NCBI GenBank assembly: GCA_965203175.1
Contig: OZ241867.1
Coordinates: forward strand, 2,208,001-2,272,000
Origin: Candidatus Latescibacterota bacterium
GTDB taxonomy: Bacteria; Latescibacterota; UBA2968; UBA8231
Direction of reading: 5' to 3'
DNA: 64,000 nt
Part shown: in pieces, positions 57,950 to 64,000 of the stretch
Numbering within the stretch: position 1 is the stretch's first letter
Layout: every line of letters starts with the position of its first letter
Made by a program: the position numbers and the translations under genes
Notes under the pieces: model-generated
Databases searched by the model: none
The model's input: only the letters and a program-made list of their open reading frames with translations
Told to the model about the DNA's origin: nothing

Positions 57950-58947
57950 GTCCTTAGAGCACGACCGTCGGTTATGCCGCAGCCCTTGAACAAGGTCCGC
58001 TGCACGGCGCGGTCGTGCGCGAGGGCAAAGTCCGGCGTCTTTTCGCCGCGAATGCACGCGGCTAGCTCCCGCAGTAAGCTCGGCGGGGCCGGTCCTGGAT
58101 CAAGCTCCACGTCCTGCCACTCGCCGGCTTGATACTCTTCGGTCTCCTGAGCCAAGAAGACGCGCAGCTTGTTTGAGCCGAGTGGGTCGTGCAGCAGGGT
58201 TCCTTGGGTGCCGTGGACCTCGATTCGCCGGTCCATGCCGATCTGCATGGCGGTCGTATCCACGATGCCGATTCCATCTCGACACTCGTGGACGACCACT
58301 GCGTTATCGACTTCGGCTCGCTCCCCATAGTGCTTGCCCAACACGCCCTGGACGGCCACTGGCTCGCCCATCATCGCCACCATTAAATCCACCAAGTGCC
58401 CGGCCATCTCAAAGTACACGCCGCCGTGATAGGCGGTAAATTCCCCGTATAGCTGCTTGTGCCAGTTGATCGGTTTGGGTATGTGGCCGCGATACATGAA
58501 GACCTGCCCTAGACAGCCTGACCCCACCAAGCGCAGCATCTCGGCTACTGCCGGATTGTAGCGCCACATATAGGCCATTTGTAGCATCAACCCCTCGTCC
58601 TCGGCGAACTTGTGGAGCCGTTCCAATTGGGCCAGATCGACGCCGGCCGGCTTTTCCAACAACACGTGCTTGCCAGCGGCGAGCGCTCGTTCGGCATAGT
58701 CGAGGTTTTGATATACGTGTCCTTCTACGACCACGGCCTCTGCTTGGCTATTTAACACGTTTTCGATGGAGTCAAAAACTGGAATGTGCAGCCCGTATTC
58801 CGCCCACCGCTCCAGATTTTGCTGAATCACTGCGGGGTCGGCATCGTACATACCCACTAGCTCCACTTCGCCCGGCCTTGCCGCGGCCTCCCGCACGTGC
58901 ATGGACGCGTGACTGTGCCAAGCGCCTAGGAATGCAAATCTCAACAT
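57946..58947 (-). CDS. Gfo/Idh/MocA oxidoreductase
   Basis: AGKHVLLEKP, YMWRYNP, GGVYFEMAGHLVD. Confidence 0.9.
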   Translation of the reverse strand: MLRFAFLGAWHSHASMHVREAAARPGEVELVGMYDADPAVIQQNLERWAEYGLHIPVFDSIENVLNSQAEAVVVEGHVYQNLDYAERALAAGKHVLLEKPAGVDLAQLERLHKFAEDEGLMLQMAYMWRYNPAVAEMLRLVGSGCLGQVFMYRGHIPKPINWHKQLYGEFTAYHGGVYFEMAGHLVDLMVAMMGEPVAVQGVLGKHYGERAEVDNAVVVHECRDGIGIVDTTAMQIGMDRRIEVHGTQGTLLHDPLGSNKLRVFLAQETEEYQAGEWQDVELDPGPAPPSLLRELAACIRGEKTPDFALAHDRAVQRTLFKGCGITDGRALRT

Positions 58948-58961
58948 GTGTTTATTCCCTC

Positions 58962-60230
58962 CTACCAAGTAGTTACAAATTCGTCCACGCCAAAGCCCTC
59001 GGGCATCTCGCTGTTAAAGGTGCGCAGGGGCCGGGATTCAAAGTTCGGCGGATCGGCTGCGGGCCGGAGATCGGCGTACATGTCGCTGTAGTGCTGGTGG
59101 ACGCGAGCCTCATCTTGCAGCAACCGCTCGTTGAGTGCAGCCAAGCGGCTTTGTAGGGCCTCGGCCTCGGCGGCGGTGAAGCGCTGCGCCATGTCTTCGG
59201 CGTAGTTCGCGGGCGGTGATCCGTCGACCAGCGGCTTGCGCTCCTGCTCGGACATCTGGGCGATCTCCGGTCGGTGCAGGAAGACGACTTTGTTGGCGAT
59301 TCGGCACAATAGTACCACGCTCACCATGCGGCCGAACTCGCCCGGGTGCAGTTCGGCCAAGCAGGTGCGGAATTTTTGCTCGTCGCGGGCAATCAGCGCG
59401 CGGAAGAGCGTCTCAATCTGATCCCGCTCTCGATCGTAGCACTCGGTCCAGTGGGCAAACTGGGCCTCGGCCGCGGGTGAGAGGTGTTGCCGGAAGCCGT
59501 CGGCGTGATACCAGTCGAGATGGTGGTGGTACGAGAAAATCTGGCCGCCAAAGGAGCGGTAACCGAGGTGGATGGTGCGGCGCATCCGGCTGGTGTACTT
59601 GCTGCCCCAGTGCATCATCAGGTTGGGATAGACGATGCCGTCGCCGGGCTGTAGCTCGACGGGGATGCCGTCTTTTAGTGGCACTTTGGGGTCTAGCATG
59701 AGCTGCCGTCGCTGGGCTTCGTTGGTCGGCTGTTTGTGGCTTTCGGGGAGGATCCAGAATACGTCGTCTTCGTAGAGGGCGATGTTCCACTGCACGTATC
59801 CGGGAGCGTTGGCCATTAGATCCGCTTGCATGCCGCTGAGCGGTGCCTGCTCAGCCGAGCTGGCGTCGCGGTGCCAGTCCGTGTACCCGTAATCGACCAG
59901 CCCGCTGCACAGCGCGCCAAAGGCGGTGAGGGCCGTCACCGGAGCCTGCATGAGTTAGGAACTGACGCCGAAGGTGGTCTCGTCGAGGCAGAAGTCGATG
60001 ACATCGGCGGTCTCGGCGTCAATCGAATTTATGTTCAGTCGCGGATGGATTTTTTCATACCAAGCACCGCCGAGCGGATCGCCGGGTTGGCGCGCGGCCG
60101 CGGAGCGCGCCTTTTCCCGGTCCACCATCCACTCGATAGCGAGCCGCATCGCGTCCAACCGCTCGGGCGGTACGACGTTGCGCAAGATCAGAAAGCCTTG
60201 GCGGCGGAATTGTTGCAGATCGACGTGCAT
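58962..60230 (-). pseudogene. PhyH-like dioxygenase interrupted by in-frame TAA (59955-59957)
   Basis: QFRRQGFLILRNVVP...GVSS-TAA-LMQAP...WHRD...LQPGDGIVY..HWG, all in one frame. Confidence 0.75.
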
Positions 60231-60239
60231 GATTCTCTC

Positions 60240-61682
60240 CTATTGGTTGGGAGATCGCTGCATGGCTTGTTCGATCAAGAGCCGATCCTGCTGTGTGGCT
60301 TGTTCGATTAAGAGCCGATCTTGCTGGCTTTGCCGCACCTGCGCCTCTATAGCTACCGGGTCCCACTCGGACAATAGCCGCTCTTGGAGGTCGGCTAGGG
60401 TGGCCGCGTGGGCTGGCTGGTCTGCTAGGTCGTCGAACTCGTTGGGGTCGGCCTCTACGTCGTATAGCTGGGGTGAATCGCCCAAACTGTAGTGGAGCTT
60501 GTAGCGACCGCGTCGCAACATGGCTGTTGGTCGCTGCACGCCGTGGGCGAGGTATTCGGAGAATGCTTCGTCCTTCCAGTTTGCGTCTTGCCCTTGCAGC
60601 AATTTCAGCAGACTATCGCCGTCCAGCAGACCTGCGCTGGGTGCGTCGGCGACTTCGACGATGGTCGCTACTAGATCCACCAGCGACACTACTTCGCTGA
60701 TGCGCCGACCGGCTGGGATCTGACCGGGGTAGACCATTTGCAGTGGCACTTTGGCGGATGCTTCGTACATGCTCGACTTCCGCCACATGCCGTGCTCGCC
60801 GTTCATTTCTCCGTGATCGCTGAAATGCACGATGAGCGTGTTGTCGCGCTGTCCGGTTTCTTCTAGGACGGCGAGCAAACGGCCGATCTTCTCGTCGAGA
60901 TAGGTAATGAGTCCATAGTAACCGGCGCGCGCGCGGCGCACCTGTTCTTCGGGAAAATCGACTCCCCCGAACATGGCCCGCATCCGCTGGTGTACAGGGT
61001 GCTGGCTTTCGAGGTGGCCGGGGGGAATCTCCGGCATGTCGATTTGGTCGAGGGGATAAAGGTTGAAAAATCGCTCGGGCACTACGAGTGGAAAATGCGG
61101 CGCAATAAACGAGACATTCAGCGCCCAAGGCCGCTCCTTGCGGGCCGGATCGCGCAGATAGGCCAGCGCTTGTTCCTCGACCAGATCATCGACTTCGATC
61201 TCCAAGGTCGTCCCCGGTCCGGCTTCGGCAACCCCACCCCAGGGCTTGTCGGCCGGCGGTGTGCCCTTGCTCCAGTCGGGCGTGCCGCGCAGGACGCCGT
61301 CTTTGGTCCACAGTTCGGCGTGCAAATCGCGCGCTAGCTGGGCGCGAAAACCGTGCAGTTGGTCGGGGCCGCAAAAGTGCTGTTTGCCCGAGAGTACCAC
61401 ATCGTAGCCAACAGCGCGCAGCCGATGGGCCCAAGTGACCGCATCAGACGGCAGGGGAGTGGCATTGTCAAAGGCACCAATCTGGTTGATGTAGCGGCCG
61501 GTCATAAATGACATCCGCGACGGCAGGCAGAGTGGAGAGTTGCAATAGGCGTTGGCAAAGGTTGCGCCCTCGGCGGCCAATTGATCCATAAAGGGCGTCT
61601 GCACGAGCGGATGTCCGTAGGGGCCGCTGTACATGGGTGCGTGCTCGTCTGTCATAATGAGCAGGATATTGGGGTGACTCAC
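60240..61682 (-). CDS. Sulfatase (choline-sulfatase-like)
   Basis: PNILLIMTDEH, CLPSR (CxPxR), GKQH, SDHGEM, KSSMYE. Confidence 0.92.
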   Translation of the reverse strand: MSHPNILLIMTDEHAPMYSGPYGHPLVQTPFMDQLAAEGATFANAYCNSPLCLPSRMSFMTGRYINQIGAFDNATPLPSDAVTWAHRLRAVGYDVVLSGKQHFCGPDQLHGFRAQLARDLHAELWTKDGVLRGTPDWSKGTPPADKPWGGVAEAGPGTTLEIEVDDLVEEQALAYLRDPARKERPWALNVSFIAPHFPLVVPERFFNLYPLDQIDMPEIPPGHLESQHPVHQRMRAMFGGVDFPEEQVRRARAGYYGLITYLDEKIGRLLAVLEETGQRDNTLIVHFSDHGEMNGEHGMWRKSSMYEASAKVPLQMVYPGQIPAGRRISEVVSLVDLVATIVEVADAPSAGLLDGDSLLKLLQGQDANWKDEAFSEYLAHGVQRPTAMLRRGRYKLHYSLGDSPQLYDVEADPNEFDDLADQPAHAATLADLQERLLSEWDPVAIEAQVRQSQQDRLLIEQATQQDRLLIEQAMQRSPNQ

Positions 61683-61757
61683 GGGTTGCTCCTAGTTTGC
61701 AGGTTTGAAAAGTTGCGGCGAAGATAAGCCAAACAGATTCCGACAACCAGCCGTTGC

Positions 61758-62186
61758 TCAGCCATCGGCTTGTACACCCAAACCGTGTATATAGACCAAT
61801 TCGCTGCCGCAGTAGCCCGTCCACAAAACCAAGCCGCCGATCAGGACGCCGATCCCGATCCACGCATAGAGTGGCCATCCTTCGAGCCGCCCCTTGAGAT
61901 GCAATGGCAAGCGCCCGAGGACGGCTCCTAATCCCAACAGCAAGGTCCAAGTGGCGAGGGATTCGTGGGTGGCTAACGGCTCAGCGGCCGGCCCATCCCA
62001 AGCCTTGTCCGCGGCTGCGTTGCCGCTGAGGACGGCGGCGGTCGCCGCTAGTACGCCCAACACCAGCAAGCCGTACGCTAGGTGGTGTCCAGCGCGGCGA
62101 CCCAGCCACAGCGCGCCTAGATCGCATAGCGGGCTCAGCGACAAGAGGGCGATGGGGTAGTGGACGATGAAGGGATGCCAATCCAT
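61758..62186 (-). CDS. DUF2231 membrane protein
   Basis: HPFIVHYPIAL...TGYCGSELVYIHGLG. Confidence 0.8.
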   Translation of the reverse strand: MDWHPFIVHYPIALLSLSPLCDLGALWLGRRAGHHLAYGLLVLGVLAATAAVLSGNAAADKAWDGPAAEPLATHESLATWTLLLGLGAVLGRLPLHLKGRLEGWPLYAWIGIGVLIGGLVLWTGYCGSELVYIHGLGVQADG

Positions 62187-62267
62187 ATTGTATTGTTATT
62201 GTTAATGAAACTTGGGATTGTTAATGAAGCGTTGGGAACGCGACACCTCAAACCGGAGCAATGCCCC

Positions 62268-63563
62268 ATGGCCACGGATCTGTCTCAACACATCGAAGAC
62301 ACGCTGCTAATTGACACGCACGAACACCTGCGCAAGGAGCGCGACTGGGTCGAGAACGGCCCGGACATTTTGCAAGACCTTTTTGGCAACTACGTGCCCG
62401 CCGATCTGATCGCCGCTGGCGCTATCCCCGAGGATCTACACAAGCTCAACGACGCCTCTGACCCAGATTTGGGAGCGCGCTTTGACGGCATCCGCTCGGC
62501 CTTTGCAGCCATCCGCTTCACTGGTTACGGCGAGGCCGTGCGCATCCTCGCGCACGAGATCTATGGCATGGCCGATTTTGGCGAAGACGAGCTGTACAAG
62601 GCGCAAGAGAAGCTCAGCGCTTGGCGTCAACCCGGCGGGCGGCACGAGCTGCTCAGCCAAATAGGCCGGCTGGACCACGTGCAGACCGACGACTTTTCTT
62701 GGCCCTGCCTGCCCGACGAGTCCGGCGTGGATTTTTTCCTCTACGACTTGTCTTGGGCCGCCTTTTGCAACGGTCAAATCGACGCCGAGGCCATTGAGCG
62801 CGAAACCGGCGTGGCCGTCACCGACTTGGCTAGCCTCAAGCAGGGCATGGAAGCCATCTTTGCCGAGCACGGCCCCCATGCCATAGCGGTCAAAGCCCAG
62901 CACGCGTACAACCGCACGCTACGCTGGGAAGAGCGCGCCGACGCCGACGCCGAGCGCGTGCTCCAACGCCTGCTCCAAGGCGCGGAACTCGATGAGCCGA
63001 GTCGGTTGCTGTTGGGCGACTGGTGCTGGGCGCGGGGGACCGAACTGGCGATTGAATACGAGTTGCCGTTCAAGATCCACACGGGCTACTACGCTGGCAA
63101 CGACCGCATGCCCGTTGACCGCATCAAAAGCGGCAACCTCTGCCCCTTGCTGGCCCGCTACCTCGATTGCCGCTTTGTGCTGATGCACATTGCCTATCCC
63201 TATTCCAACGAATTGGTCGCGCTGACCAAGCACTATCGCAACGTGTACGCCGACCTCTGCTGGGCGTGGTCCATTGATCCGTACAGCTCGTGCGACTTTG
63301 TGCGCCGCTTTATCCACGCGGCTCCCGCGTCCAAGCTCTTCGCCTTTGGCGGTGATACTGGCTGGCCGACCAGTTCGGTGGCCTATGCGATTCAGGCGCG
63401 GCGCTGGCTCACCCGCGCTCTCCAAGGCGAGATAGACGACGGCCTGCTGACCGAGGCCGAGGCCATAGAGTTGGCGACCCGCTTTATGCGCGGCAACCAA
63501 GAGGCCTGTTTCGACTTGGCTGGGACGCGGCAGGCGCTGCGCCGGTCGCTTTCAGCCGCTTAG
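62268..63563 (+). CDS. Amidohydrolase family protein
   Basis: IDTHEH, KIHTG, VLMH, FGGD metal ligands. Confidence 0.88.
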   Translation: MATDLSQHIEDTLLIDTHEHLRKERDWVENGPDILQDLFGNYVPADLIAAGAIPEDLHKLNDASDPDLGARFDGIRSAFAAIRFTGYGEAVRILAHEIYGMADFGEDELYKAQEKLSAWRQPGGRHELLSQIGRLDHVQTDDFSWPCLPDESGVDFFLYDLSWAAFCNGQIDAEAIERETGVAVTDLASLKQGMEAIFAEHGPHAIAVKAQHAYNRTLRWEERADADAERVLQRLLQGAELDEPSRLLLGDWCWARGTELAIEYELPFKIHTGYYAGNDRMPVDRIKSGNLCPLLARYLDCRFVLMHIAYPYSNELVALTKHYRNVYADLCWAWSIDPYSSCDFVRRFIHAAPASKLFAFGGDTGWPTSSVAYAIQARRWLTRALQGEIDDGLLTEAEAIELATRFMRGNQEACFDLAGTRQALRRSLSAA

Positions 63564-63647
63564 GTTGCGCCAGGGTAGATCGGTTGGCGAGAAGAACGGA
63601 GCCGACAGAACAGGTCGCGTCGCCAGTGATCGGAGACAGCAAGTACC

Positions 63648-63701
63648 GTCATTCCCGTGGAAGAACGTCACCCCGTGCCCCGACACGGGGCGGAAATCCA
63701 G
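63648..63701. repeat. REP-like element (GTCATTCCCG...AATCCAG) with internal CCCCGTG/CACGGGG hairpin
   Basis: Ends resemble the GTCATTCCCGCG..GCGGGAATCCAG repeat family; internal palindrome present. Confidence 0.55.
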
Positions 63702-64000
63702 AGTGGTCAAGAGCAAACGCGATCTAAAAATGTGTCGCTTTGTATGACCGCTTACTTGTCTCGTTTTTCCTATTTATAAGTAATTGTTTTCAAATAACTA
63801 ATATAAATTAGTGTGATAAAAAAGCATAAAAAGTGTCAGCAATTTTGACAAGAAAAATGACATCGGTGTTTCCGCCAATTTGCGAGTCGGTGGGCCCTTG
63901 CTTTGCTGACGAAAGGCGCGTACGTCCCGCACGCGCTCACGCAAAGCCGGTGCCTGCCGCAGCGGGTCGGGCGGTGCCTCGCCGAGCCACAGAATCCAAC

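Noticed and set aside
59955-59957. Sec/Pyl recoding in the PhyH-like gene
   Set aside because: The codon is TAA, not TGA or TAG, and it is not at a catalytic Cys position.
63905-63947. Hammerhead ribozyme or c-di-GMP-I riboswitch
   Set aside because: CTGACGA is not followed by stem II and GAAA. ACGCAAAGCC lacks the upstream GGCAAA and GNRA-capped stem.

Overview
GC-rich bacterial chromosome segment with about 50 CDS and no rRNA, tRNA, CRISPR or transposase recognised. It is dominated by catabolic and accessory genes: 4 Gfo/Idh/MocA oxidoreductases, 3 PhyH-like dioxygenases, a sulfatase, amidohydrolases, and sugar and peptide ABC components. It also holds a TPP-riboswitch-controlled TonB receptor plus thiamine pyrophosphokinase operon. 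The gene content (PhyH/Gfo expansion, ankyrin proteins, a C-terminal 'SWGRIK' motif) suggests a marine, possibly sponge-associated, Latescibacterota/Poribacteria-like organism; this is inference only. The main highlights are: (1) a ~10 kb tandem array of four membrane-anchored ankyrin genes (~86 repeats) built from shuffled 99-bp modules, with DARPin-like hypervariable positions and decaying copies of the neighbouring phosphoesterase 3' end as spacers; (2) an AhpD-like selenoprotein (CxxU plus SECIS-like hairpin) that the ORF track splits; (3) a bacterial homologue of animal ANKH; (4) a soluble beta-propeller/sigma54 activator with palindromic 21-bp-period sites and a sigma54 promoter upstream of a secreted TolB-like gene; (5) an HTH-less LacI paralogue; (6) a probable ATC start codon. 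All annotation was done by eye; no searches were run.
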